A DNA stretch of 64,000 nt from an uncultured beta proteobacterium (GCA_903893565.1 CAITMU010000121.1:19426-83425), one strand, 5' to 3'. Counted from the first letter of the stretch, positions 9,685 to 18,330 are shown. The notes: generated by a model not told the origin, from the sequence alone. Made by a program: numbers and translations.

Positions 9685-10653
9685 ATGTTAAAAATGCATT
9701 ATGGTTGGGGTCTACTGTTCGGGTGGTGTGTGAGCGGTTTATTGCACGCGCAAAATTACCCACAAAATTACCCACAAAAGGGTGTGCGCTTAGTCATCCC
9801 ATTTACTGCCGGTGGGGCTGCGGACATTATTGGGCGTTTATTGGCCGCAGAGCTTTCGCAAAACCTGGGGCAAGCCGTGGTAGTCGATAATCGCGGCGGC
9901 GCAGGCACCGTCATTGGCACCGAGATGGTGGCGCGCGCGAGTCCGGACGGTTATAGCTTAGGTTTGATTACGCCCTCTTTTACCATTAATGGGGCGATAC
10001 GACGGCTGCCTTTTGATTCGATCAATGATTTTGCCCCGATTGCCTTGGTTGGTATTACCCCATTGATTCTGGTGACCCATCCGAGTCTGCCGGTGCATAC
10101 CGTGACAGACTTGATTCGCTTGGCGGGCCAACATCCGGGCGAGTTAGTGTACGCCTCCGCAGGCCCTGGTAGCCCTACCCATATGGGAATGGAATTATTA
10201 CGTTTTTCAGGTATACGTATGACTCATATCCCCTACAAGGGGGCGGCTCCGGCGTTGGTGGATCTGGTAGGCGGCCATGTACAGTTAATGCAAACGAGCA
10301 TCATCATCGCTAAGCCTTATATGAGTTCGATGAGACTTCGTCCCATTGCGGTGACCACGGCGCAACGGGCTAAAAATTTACCGCAAGTGCCGAGCATCGC
10401 CGAGACAATCCCAGGCTATGAAGTGCTCAATTGGTGGGGCGTGGTTGCGCCAGCCAAAACCCCGCCGGCCGTAGTCACTCGACTCAACACCGAAATTCGT
10501 CAAGTGATGAATAGGGCCTCCAGTAAAGAAAAGCTTTCCGTTGAAGGGGCAGAATCTGCCAATGGTTCACCGGTGGAGTTCGAGCAGATGCTAAAAAAAG
10601 AAATCAGCCAATGGCGACGTTTGGGTGAATCCATTCAGCTTAAGCTCGATTAG
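9685..10653 (+). CDS. Bug/TctC-family substrate-binding protein
   Basis: The track ORF starts at 9643. The Met at 9685 (MLKMHYGWGLLFGWCVSGLLHA) gives a normal signal peptide before QNYPQNYPQKGVRLVIPFTAGGAAD. Start uncertain. Confidence 0.85.
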   Translation: MLKMHYGWGLLFGWCVSGLLHAQNYPQNYPQKGVRLVIPFTAGGAADIIGRLLAAELSQNLGQAVVVDNRGGAGTVIGTEMVARASPDGYSLGLITPSFTINGAIRRLPFDSINDFAPIALVGITPLILVTHPSLPVHTVTDLIRLAGQHPGELVYASAGPGSPTHMGMELLRFSGIRMTHIPYKGAAPALVDLVGGHVQLMQTSIIIAKPYMSSMRLRPIAVTTAQRAKNLPQVPSIAETIPGYEVLNWWGVVAPAKTPPAVVTRLNTEIRQVMNRASSKEKLSVEGAESANGSPVEFEQMLKKEISQWRRLGESIQLKLD

Positions 10654-10682
10654 TCAATTAAATACTTATTGGAGCGATCGAT

Positions 10683-12788
10683 ATGAGTCTAGACACCTTA
10701 TTAAACCCACGTTCAATTGCCATTGTGGGGGCTACACAGGATGCACGCCGTGCGGGTGGCCAACCTTTTCATAGCTTGACGCAATTGGGTTATGGCGGAG
10801 AGGTTTTTGCGGTCAATCCCCGTTATCAACAAATCGATGGCCACCCTTGTTTTGCTCATGTGGATGCCTTGCCCTCGCCAGTGGATTTGGCCGTGATTGC
10901 GGTGCCTGCCACTGAGGTGGCTGCCACGGTGGAAGCGTGTGGACGAAAGGGCATTCGATACGCACTGATACTCAGTGCGGGGTTTCGTGAAATAGGGGAG
11001 CGGGGTTTAGAGTTGGAGGCGCAATTACTCAGTGCCCTACAGCGAAGCGGTGTGAAAGCGGTCGGTCCTAACTGCATTGGTATGATGAACGTACCTAAAA
11101 AAGTCTTTGCTGGCTTTGGCGCCGCCTTTCGTAAATACGATTGGCGTGGGGGACCGATAGCGATGATTTCACAAAGTGGTGGTTTTGCCTATTCCATCAT
11201 GACCTTTTGCGATGAGGCCGGTATCGGATTTGATCATATGATTTCCACGGGCAATGAGAGTAGTTTGGGTACGCTGGATTTCATTGAGCATTTTTTAGAA
11301 GATGAGGCGATTCGTTTGATTGCGGTTTATATGGAAGGCATTCAAGATGGAAAGCGTTTGCGTGCCTTAGGTCGTAGAGCCTTAGAAGTGGGTAAGCCCA
11401 TTGCCGTTTGGAAAGTGGGCAATACCAGTACGGGAAGACGTGCTGCGGTCTCGCACACGGCGAACTTAACCGAGGAATATGACTACTACCGTGATGCCTT
11501 TGCCGAGGGAGGGTTTGTTCAGATTCGTGAAATTTATGATTTGATCGATTGTGCCAGAGTGTTTCGTTCTCCTAAGAGACCTCGGGGCAATCGAGTCGCG
11601 GTGGTGACCACTTCGGGTGGGGCGGGGGTATTGTTGACCGACGCTTGTGAGCAGGCCGGACTCGATCTGCCACTGCTAAACGAGAGCACCGTTAAGACCT
11701 TGCATACGGTCTTGCCCCACTTCGCATCAATCAGAAACCCCATTGATGTGACGGCTGCGATTGCGCAAAAACGATCCGAATTCGGTCAAGCCACGCAAGC
11801 CGTGCTCGATGATCCTAATGTGGATATGCTCATCGTGCGTTCTTATCCCGGTCGAGATGGCGCGTTGTGGGCGGAGGATTTTGTGGCTGCCGCCAATCAA
11901 ACCGATAAACCGATTCTAGTGAGTCTGACCGGCACACCGAGTGAATCCAGTGCGTGGTTGCCCGCTTTGGAGGCGGCCGGTATCGGGTGCTTTGAAGCGC
12001 CCAGCCGTTTGGTCTATGCCGCAGCGTGCTTAAATCGGTTTACGCGGCAACGAGAACTTTTAGCCAGTGCGTCTAGCGTGGCGGCTGTATCGTTCGAATC
12101 GGTGGCCTGGCCGCAGCAATCGAGTTGGGATGAAGTGAGTGCGAAACAATTTTTAAAGCGTTATCACATTCCCATTCCCGCGGCAACCTTCATTGCTTTG
12201 GGCGAAGAGGCGAGTCTTGTCAATCAAGCGATTGATTTTCCGGTGGTATTAAAAGTAGTCAGTCCTGATTTACCCCATAAGAGCGAGGCCGGAGGGGTTC
12301 GAGTGGGTATTCAGGATCGGGAGAGCTTAATCAAAGCCATTGAACAGATGAAATTAGCAACCCAACGCTTTAAACCCGGTCTTTGCATTCGGGGTTGGTT
12401 AATCGAATCGATGGTCAAAGGGGCGGAATTTATTGTCGGTGCTTTAAACAATGCGAGTTTTGGTCCTGTCATCATGGTCGGCATGGGGGGAATTTACGCG
12501 GAGCTTTTCCAAGACGTCGTCAGACGCTATGCCCCGTTTGACGCTGAGGTGGCTAAATCGATGATTCTGTCTTTGAAAGGGGCTAAAACCTTACAAGGAT
12601 ATCGCGGCCAGCCGTTATGTGATGTTGAGGCCTTCGCTCAAGTGTTAAGTCAGATCTCTTACATCGTGATGCAACACCGAGACGAGTTAGCGGAGCTAGA
12701 AATTAATCCCTTGATGGTGCGCGCTGTCGGTCAAGGGGTGGTGGCCGTGGATGCGGTGATTCAGCCCCGGTCTGCCGGTGCTCATTAG
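10683..12788 (+). CDS. ADP-forming (NDP-forming) acyl-CoA synthetase, fused alpha/beta type
   Basis: 701 aa. The N-terminal CoA-binding domain begins PRSIAIVGATQD. It is followed by a succinyl-CoA-synthetase-like ligase domain and a C-terminal ATP-grasp domain (..PVVLKVVSPDLPHKSEAGGVRVGI..). Confidence 0.85.
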   Translation: MSLDTLLNPRSIAIVGATQDARRAGGQPFHSLTQLGYGGEVFAVNPRYQQIDGHPCFAHVDALPSPVDLAVIAVPATEVAATVEACGRKGIRYALILSAGFREIGERGLELEAQLLSALQRSGVKAVGPNCIGMMNVPKKVFAGFGAAFRKYDWRGGPIAMISQSGGFAYSIMTFCDEAGIGFDHMISTGNESSLGTLDFIEHFLEDEAIRLIAVYMEGIQDGKRLRALGRRALEVGKPIAVWKVGNTSTGRRAAVSHTANLTEEYDYYRDAFAEGGFVQIREIYDLIDCARVFRSPKRPRGNRVAVVTTSGGAGVLLTDACEQAGLDLPLLNESTVKTLHTVLPHFASIRNPIDVTAAIAQKRSEFGQATQAVLDDPNVDMLIVRSYPGRDGALWAEDFVAAANQTDKPILVSLTGTPSESSAWLPALEAAGIGCFEAPSRLVYAAACLNRFTRQRELLASASSVAAVSFESVAWPQQSSWDEVSAKQFLKRYHIPIPAATFIALGEEASLVNQAIDFPVVLKVVSPDLPHKSEAGGVRVGIQDRESLIKAIEQMKLATQRFKPGLCIRGWLIESMVKGAEFIVGALNNASFGPVIMVGMGGIYAELFQDVVRRYAPFDAEVAKSMILSLKGAKTLQGYRGQPLCDVEAFAQVLSQISYIVMQHRDELAELEINPLMVRAVGQGVVAVDAVIQPRSAGAH

Positions 12789-12791
12789 CAA

Positions 12792-13922
12792 TCAGTCGAT
12801 GTTGTTGGAGACTTGTTTGATGAGTTGACCGTAGGTGGTAAAGTCACGTGCAATGCGCGCACTAAAGAGCTCGGGGGATAGTGCAATAAACTCCATGCCC
12901 CGGGCACTCCACAGTGTTTTTAACTCCGTGCTCGCAAAGCTTTGCGCTAAGGCCATATGCAGCCGATAAACAATCCCTTTGGGCAAATGCGCGGGCCCCA
13001 GTAATCCCTGCCAGCCATCCATTTCATAACCCGGTAGACCACTTTCTGCGATGGTAGGGATGAGCGGTAAGTTCGTCATACGATGGTGGCCCGTGACCCC
13101 TAAGGCTTTTAATTTACCTTGTTGGATGGGGGGTATTAAAAAGGCGGGATTATTCCACATCATATCCACCCGACCGCTGACTAAGTCGGCAATGGCCGTA
13201 GAGCCACCGCCTCGATAGGGCACGTGTAATAGTTTGATATGGGCCATAGAGGCAAACAAGGCTCCGGCAATGTGATAGGCACTGCCCACGCCATTAGATC
13301 CATAGGAGAGCCCCATGGATTTTTTGTGGGCTAAGAGTATCAACTCACGGGCATTACGAGCCGGTAATAAGGGGTGTGCGGCCCACAGAAAGGCGAAATC
13401 TCCGATAGGGGAAATAGCGGTGAAGTCTTTGGTCGGATTGAAGTTAACCTTTTGTAGATAAGGGGTGGCGGTCAGTGCAGAGCCCGGGGCTGCTAAAAGG
13501 GTATAGCCATCGGGAGCACTTTTCATCACCATTTCCGCTGCAATTACTCCGGTGGCACCTGGGTGAATATCCACAATGCATGGCTGACCCAAAACATCGG
13601 AGAGCTTTTGTGCCACTGCGCGGGTGTTTAAGTCCATGGAGCTGCCGGAGGCATAGCCGTGAATGATACGAATCGGTTTGATGGGGTAGGTACTGGAATC
13701 GTTGATCCGATTGGGTTCGGGGGGGGTGAGGCCAGAGGGAAAGCCTTGTGAGTGGGCGCCTGCCCCCCAGATTGCGCCTAAGAGGAGACAGAGGAGACGG
13801 AAAAAGGGTTGTTGGTGTTTTTTGAAAAAGGGGTTGACTCCCTTTGGCGTGAGGGTTTGAATCCCTTTGATGGTAGGCGCGAGCGCCATCAACAAAGTCA
13901 TGGGGAATAATAAGGGGCGCAT
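12792..13922 (-). CDS. Bug/TctC-family substrate-binding protein with an unusual N-terminal extension
   Basis: The core TYPIKPIRIIHGYASGSS.. and the overall length fit the Bug family. The N-terminus has two hydrophobic segments. No in-frame ATG, GTG or TTG lies between Met12 and the second hydrophobic segment. Confidence 0.8.
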   Translation of the reverse strand: MRPLLFPMTLLMALAPTIKGIQTLTPKGVNPFFKKHQQPFFRLLCLLLGAIWGAGAHSQGFPSGLTPPEPNRINDSSTYPIKPIRIIHGYASGSSMDLNTRAVAQKLSDVLGQPCIVDIHPGATGVIAAEMVMKSAPDGYTLLAAPGSALTATPYLQKVNFNPTKDFTAISPIGDFAFLWAAHPLLPARNARELILLAHKKSMGLSYGSNGVGSAYHIAGALFASMAHIKLLHVPYRGGGSTAIADLVSGRVDMMWNNPAFLIPPIQQGKLKALGVTGHHRMTNLPLIPTIAESGLPGYEMDGWQGLLGPAHLPKGIVYRLHMALAQSFASTELKTLWSARGMEFIALSPELFSARIARDFTTYGQLIKQVSNNID

Positions 13923-13928
13923 GGGTTT

Positions 13929-13938
13929 GGGGGGGGGG
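13929..13938. repeat. G10 (C10 on the minus strand) homopolymer tract 6 nt upstream of the Bug-gene ATG
   Basis: Read directly: atgggtttGGGGGGGGGGct. On the minus strand it occupies the position where a Shine-Dalgarno sequence would be expected. Confidence 0.9.
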
Positions 13939-14123
13939 CTACGAGGGATTGATGAGATTCAATGGGGTCGAGTGCTTGAGGATATGGCGTGATGTATATC
14001 TTAAGATTCAAGCATTCTTATTGGCAAGTGTAATCCAAAACGGCGCCTTACATTTCATCTAGGGCAAGCGGGCTTTGGGAGAGGAAAAAAGTCTCGTAGC
14101 GGCAGGGGCGGTTGCTCGGTCCA

Positions 14124-14177
14124 AATGGGAAGAGAAGGTGGGAAAAGTAGGTGGGAAGAGAGGGTGGGAAGAGAGGG
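14124..14177. repeat. Purine-rich 13-bp tandem repeat (GGTGGGAAGAGAG-like, about 4 units)
   Basis: Read directly: atgggaagagaag / gtgggaaaagtag / gtgggaagagagg / gtgggaagagagg. The last two units are identical. Confidence 0.8.
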
Positions 14178-14428
14178 ACGCGTTGGATGATGGGCTCCTG
14201 AGTCTGCGCGAGCCGAGTCTACTGGGTCGGGTCCTTCGGGAGAGTGAATATTCATTGAAAAAACAATCGGTTATGATCTTGATGGCGAGTTGTGCTGGGT
14301 TGTTAAGATTACCGCTTTGTGAGATATTCGTTTTTGGAAAGTGATTGCAGGCTAAATAGGCATGAGAGGCATGAGATAATGCTCGGGGTGTGATTAAAGT
14401 CCGCTTTGCGTTCGTTTACGGAGATCCT

Positions 14429-14977
14429 ATGTCAGAAATAGAAAAAAAAGTTCGATTGATTGTGCCGGAGGCGCCCCCTCCGGCCGTAGCCAAAATCAGT
14501 GAGCAGCGTGATTTTAAAACAGGTGGCATACGGCTGGGAGTATTGGATAACAGCAAGAGTAACGCCGATCATTTGCTTCAATTTATTATCGAAGGGGTGA
14601 AGGCGCATGTGAAGGTGGCCTCAGTGGTCTCACTGCGTAAACCTTCGCCCTCGGTGCCTGCTGAAAAAGCGCTGCTTGACGAATTATCGGAGACCACCGA
14701 TTGCGTCATCAGCGCGATGGCCGATTGAGGCTCCTGCACGTCGTGGAGTGTCCACGACATGTCAGAATTAAGAAAGCGCGGTTTGGTCACGGCCGTCATT
14801 TGTACTGATCCGTTTCTGAAATTGGGTAAAGCACAGTCGCGTGTTTTTGGGGTTCCGGAATTACCCTTGATTGTGATTCCTCATCCGTTAGGGGGTATTT
14901 CCCTTGAAAAAGTAGAGGGACGGGCTGAGGTGGCGATTCCTGAATTTGTCAAATTGATCAAGGAGCACATCAAGTGA
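14429..14977 (+). CDS. UGSC-motif selenoprotein (candidate), in-frame UGA = Sec at 14726-14728; function unknown
   Basis: Track ORFs 14390-14728 and 14759-14977 are in the same frame. The 30 nt between them (GSCTSWSVHD) contain no stop. The joined product reads ..CVISAMAD-U-GSCTSWSVHDMSELRKRGLV... GGAG lies 6 nt before the ATG at 14429, and no SD precedes 14759. A hairpin follows the UGA. Confidence 0.7.
14736..14762 (+). promoter_or_regulatory. SECIS-like stem-loop downstream of the in-frame UGA
   Basis: A perfect 8-bp stem, GTCGTGGA (14740-14747) / TCCACGAC (14751-14758), with loop GUG. The stem begins 12 nt after the UGA. It can extend at the base (A-U, C-G, G-U) across one mismatch. Confidence 0.55.
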
Positions 14978-16089
14978 GTGAGTTGTCGCAACTATTATTG
15001 GATCCTGAAAATAGCCTTGAGACCAAAGACGATTTTTTTGAGATCAATGCCCTTTACCTAGAAAAAGGTTGGGGGGATGGATTGCCTTTGATCCCACCCA
15101 CTGAACAAAGGGTGGCGGCGATGCTGGAGTATTGTGATCGCCCTTGGAATGAACCGATTGCTAAGATCGCGCCGCGTTACGGTGAGGCAACACCCCTGCG
15201 ATTGGCGGCTAATGCGGTGATGGCCGGATGTAAGCCCGAGTATTTTCCTTTGATTGTGTTGGCTGTTGAAGCCATGTGTGAGGAGTCATTTAACCTTTAT
15301 GGTATTCAGGCCACAACCCATATCTGTGCGCCCCTGGTGATCGTCAATGGGCCCGTGGTTAAGCAGTTGGGAATGAATAGCGGTCATAATGCGTTTGGAC
15401 CAGGAACCCACAGTAATGCCACGATTGGTCGGGCCATTCGTTTAATTTTGCTCAATATTGGTGGTGCAGTGCCTGGGCTGGGCGACATGTCGACCTTTGG
15501 TGGCCCCAATAAGTATTCATTCTGTGTGGCTGAAAATGAAGAGGCTAATCCGTGGGAGCCTTTGCATGTGGAGAGGGGCTTTCCGAAAGACTCGAGCTGC
15601 GTCACGGTCATCGGTGCTGAATGTCCTCATAACGTGAACGATCATGAGAGTATTTCAGGGCAGGGGATTTTGAAAACGATTGCCGGTTCCATGATTAGCA
15701 CGGGGGCTAATGATATTTATTATCCCGATGCGACCCCATTGATTGTGATGGGGCCTGAGCATGCGGCCAGTATTGCCAATGATGGATTTAGTAAAAAATC
15801 CGTTAAACAGTTTTTAACCGATCATGCCAAAATCCCCTTGGGTACTTTTTCTACCGAAAACATTGAACGTCGCTTTAGGGTGGCCTTTGCTTCTGTGTTT
15901 AAAAATGCGGGTTTAGATGAACCGGTGCCCATGATTCATCATGCCGATAACATTGTGATTGCTGTGATCGGTGGAGCGGGCAAGCACTCGGCTGTTTTTC
16001 CAACCTTTGGCGCTACCAAAGCGGTGACCCGTGCGCTTAAGACGAAGAATGGGGATTACGTGAAATTTATTGAGAAAATAAAGAAATAG
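14974..16089 (+). CDS. Conserved-looking hypothetical protein, translationally coupled to the UGSC gene
   Basis: 371-aa ORF. Its GTG start overlaps the upstream stop (aaGTGAgtg). Non-repetitive, globular-looking sequence (GWGDGLPLIPPTEQRV.., AANAVMAGCKPEYFP.., NATIGRAIRLILLNIGGAVPG..). I do not recognise a characterised family. Confidence 0.75.
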   Translation: MSELSQLLLDPENSLETKDDFFEINALYLEKGWGDGLPLIPPTEQRVAAMLEYCDRPWNEPIAKIAPRYGEATPLRLAANAVMAGCKPEYFPLIVLAVEAMCEESFNLYGIQATTHICAPLVIVNGPVVKQLGMNSGHNAFGPGTHSNATIGRAIRLILLNIGGAVPGLGDMSTFGGPNKYSFCVAENEEANPWEPLHVERGFPKDSSCVTVIGAECPHNVNDHESISGQGILKTIAGSMISTGANDIYYPDATPLIVMGPEHAASIANDGFSKKSVKQFLTDHAKIPLGTFSTENIERRFRVAFASVFKNAGLDEPVPMIHHADNIVIAVIGGAGKHSAVFPTFGATKAVTRALKTKNGDYVKFIEKIKK

Positions 16090-16276
16090 ATCGACATCCC
16101 CACGGCAAGTGGCTCGCCATACGGCAGGTGCAAATGGTGCAGTTCTTCAATGAGATGGGGCTGGTGTTGAATAAGTGAGGCGTAAACGGGGTAGAATTCA
16201 TCTTTAACAAATGTCCGGTTTAGAATCCGGTCTATCAGATTAATCCGCACGATTGATACGTAAATAAGGAGGACTT

Positions 16277-16702
16277 ATGGAACAACTCGAACGTCCGTTG
16301 CCGGCGCCGCTGGCCCCAGAGGCGAAGCCGTACTGGGAAGGGTTAAAGCAAGACAAGCTCATGCTTCCACAATGTAAGGACTGTGGGAAAGCGCATTTTT
16401 ACCCGCGCATTCTCTGCCCGCACTGTCACTCCCGCAATCTCACGTGGGTCGAGGCGAGCGGTCGGGGCAAGTTATTTGCCTTTGAAATCCTTTACCGCTC
16501 ATTTAACCCCGCGGTGAAGACACCTCTGCCTTATGTGCTAGCGATGATCGATCTGGAAGAAGGCCCTCGCATGTTGTCTAACCTCATCAACATCAAGCCC
16601 GATCCGGCCTTAATCCACTGCGACATGCCAGTGAATGCCGTCTTCGTAAAGCAAAATGACAACTTCACCCTTCCGTTCTTCCAACCTGCCGAGGGGAAAT
16701 AA
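16277..16702 (+). CDS. DUF35 Zn-ribbon/OB-fold protein (thiolase-associated)
   Basis: Contains CKDCGKAHFYPRILCPHCHS (a 4-Cys zinc ribbon) followed by an OB-fold-sized C-terminus. A strong SD (AAGGAGG) precedes it. It lies immediately upstream of a thiolase-like gene, which is the usual pairing. Confidence 0.85.
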   Translation: MEQLERPLPAPLAPEAKPYWEGLKQDKLMLPQCKDCGKAHFYPRILCPHCHSRNLTWVEASGRGKLFAFEILYRSFNPAVKTPLPYVLAMIDLEEGPRMLSNLINIKPDPALIHCDMPVNAVFVKQNDNFTLPFFQPAEGK

Positions 16703-16704
16703 TC

Positions 16705-17868
16705 ATGGCCCAACACGACTTTATGCGCGAGCTTTCGAACACGGCTTGTATCGTCGGCGCAGCCGAGAGCGACGAAATGGGTATTTTGCCGCACAAGAGC
16801 CAGATGGCCTTGCACTTGGAATCGATATCCAACGCGGTTGCGGATGCCGGACTCAAGGTCAGTGATGTGGACGGCATTTTCACGGCCGGTGCGCATTCAC
16901 CGGCCCTGATCGCCGAAGCGCTGGGCATCACGCCGCGCTACGTCGACGGCACGAGTGTGGGCGGTTGCTCCTTCATCATCATGGTGGAGCACGCGATAGC
17001 GGCGCTGCATCATCACCTGTGCGATGTCGCGGTCATTACTCATGGCGAAAGCGGCCGCTCGCAGGTGGGCGTAACGCGTGTGCGCGACACCAGCATCGCC
17101 GGCTGTTACGAAATCCCCTATGGCTTTGGCGCCCCGCCGACCTGGTTCGGCCTCATCACCACGCGGCATATGCACGAATACGGCACCACGCTCGAACAAT
17201 GGGCGCAGGTGGCGGTGTCTACGCGTCAGTGGGCAGCCCTGAATCCGAAGGCCCTATACCGCGATCCTATGACGATCGACCAGGTGCTCAAGGCCAAGAT
17301 GATCGCTTACCCGTTCACCGTGCTGAACATCTGCCTCGTCACCGATGCCGGGGGCGCAATAGTGCTCACGCGCGCGGACCGGGCGCGTGACTGCGCCAAG
17401 AAACCCGTCTACGTTCGTGGCACCGGCGAGGCGACTGAGCACGTGTCCGTGACGCAGATGAAAGGCCTGCCGTTGAGCAAGGCCACGCGCATGTCCAGCG
17501 AGCGCGCCTTCAAGATGGCCGGCGTTAGCCACGGCGACTTCGATCACCTCATGCTGTATGACGCGTTTACCTCCGGCCCTCCGATCATGCTCGAATCGAT
17601 GGGCTTCGCCAAGCCCGGTGAGGGCGTCTCGTTCTTCGAAAACGGCAAGTCAACGCCGGGCGGATCACTGCCGATCAACACCAACGGTGGTGGACTGTCT
17701 TATACGCATACGGGGATGTATGGCATGTTCCCGTTGATTGAGGCCACGCGCCAGTTGCGCGGCGAGTGTGGCGCACGGCAGGTGCCCAATGTGAAGCTGT
17801 CGCTGGTCAATGGCATGGGCGGCATGCTATCGGCAGCGGGTACTGCGGTCTTGTCGAACGAAAAATAA
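16705..17868 (+). CDS. Thiolase-like protein (SCP-x / DUF35-partner type)
   Basis: 387 aa. Carries ..INTNGGGLSYTHTGMYG.. near the C-terminus and has a thiolase-fold length. Starts 3 nt after the DUF35 stop. Confidence 0.85.
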   Translation: MAQHDFMRELSNTACIVGAAESDEMGILPHKSQMALHLESISNAVADAGLKVSDVDGIFTAGAHSPALIAEALGITPRYVDGTSVGGCSFIIMVEHAIAALHHHLCDVAVITHGESGRSQVGVTRVRDTSIAGCYEIPYGFGAPPTWFGLITTRHMHEYGTTLEQWAQVAVSTRQWAALNPKALYRDPMTIDQVLKAKMIAYPFTVLNICLVTDAGGAIVLTRADRARDCAKKPVYVRGTGEATEHVSVTQMKGLPLSKATRMSSERAFKMAGVSHGDFDHLMLYDAFTSGPPIMLESMGFAKPGEGVSFFENGKSTPGGSLPINTNGGGLSYTHTGMYGMFPLIEATRQLRGECGARQVPNVKLSLVNGMGGMLSAAGTAVLSNEK

Positions 17869-18330
17869 CGGCTCGCGGAGTGAGTGCCGCAAACGCCGGT
17901 CACAGGCGTGTCGCCTCTGAGGTCAAGATTGCCCTGAATGTGCGATCTTGACCCAAAAACCTTCCAACGTAGGAATGTTGAGCATTGATACCACAGTCGC
18001 TCCCGCCCCGTTGATCCACTCTAGGCTCAAAGACACTGAAAAGTGGGGAGGAAGTGGTGTTGTGTCGTTTGTCTTCCTACGTCGAGGGCTTTTTCTTGAT
18101 GCTCTTGAGGGGGAAAAAAAGAAATGAGCCGTTTGGGGTTTGTGTAGGAACTATATTCGGTTTTTAGCGTCTGTCAGTGTAGGCAGCCTTTTTTTATGGA
18201 TGCTCCTAGACCCTATCAATCGTCCCACGCAGCGGATCCCTTCATTTTTATGCCAATGATTGTATTCTTGAGGCATAGAAAAATGTTAACCTTTGTTTTT
18301 ATGTTTTTCTAACTCAAGAAGCATTCCCTT

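Noticed and set aside
14726-14728. The TGA between the two ORFs read as a simple nonsense mutation or pseudogene, or as two separate small genes.
   Set aside because: Several observations argue against decay. The frame is the same and stays open on both sides. The downstream part has no RBS. The stop falls in a U-x-x-C context, and a perfect hairpin sits at SECIS distance. The downstream gene is still translationally coupled. A pseudogene remains the fallback reading if the genome lacks sel genes.
16531-17951. A cluster of 60-140-aa ORFs on both strands overlapping the DUF35 and thiolase genes.
   Set aside because: These are artefacts of GC-rich DNA, which has few stop codons. Their sequences are Arg/Ala/Gly-rich with no motifs, and they are fully nested in well-supported genes.
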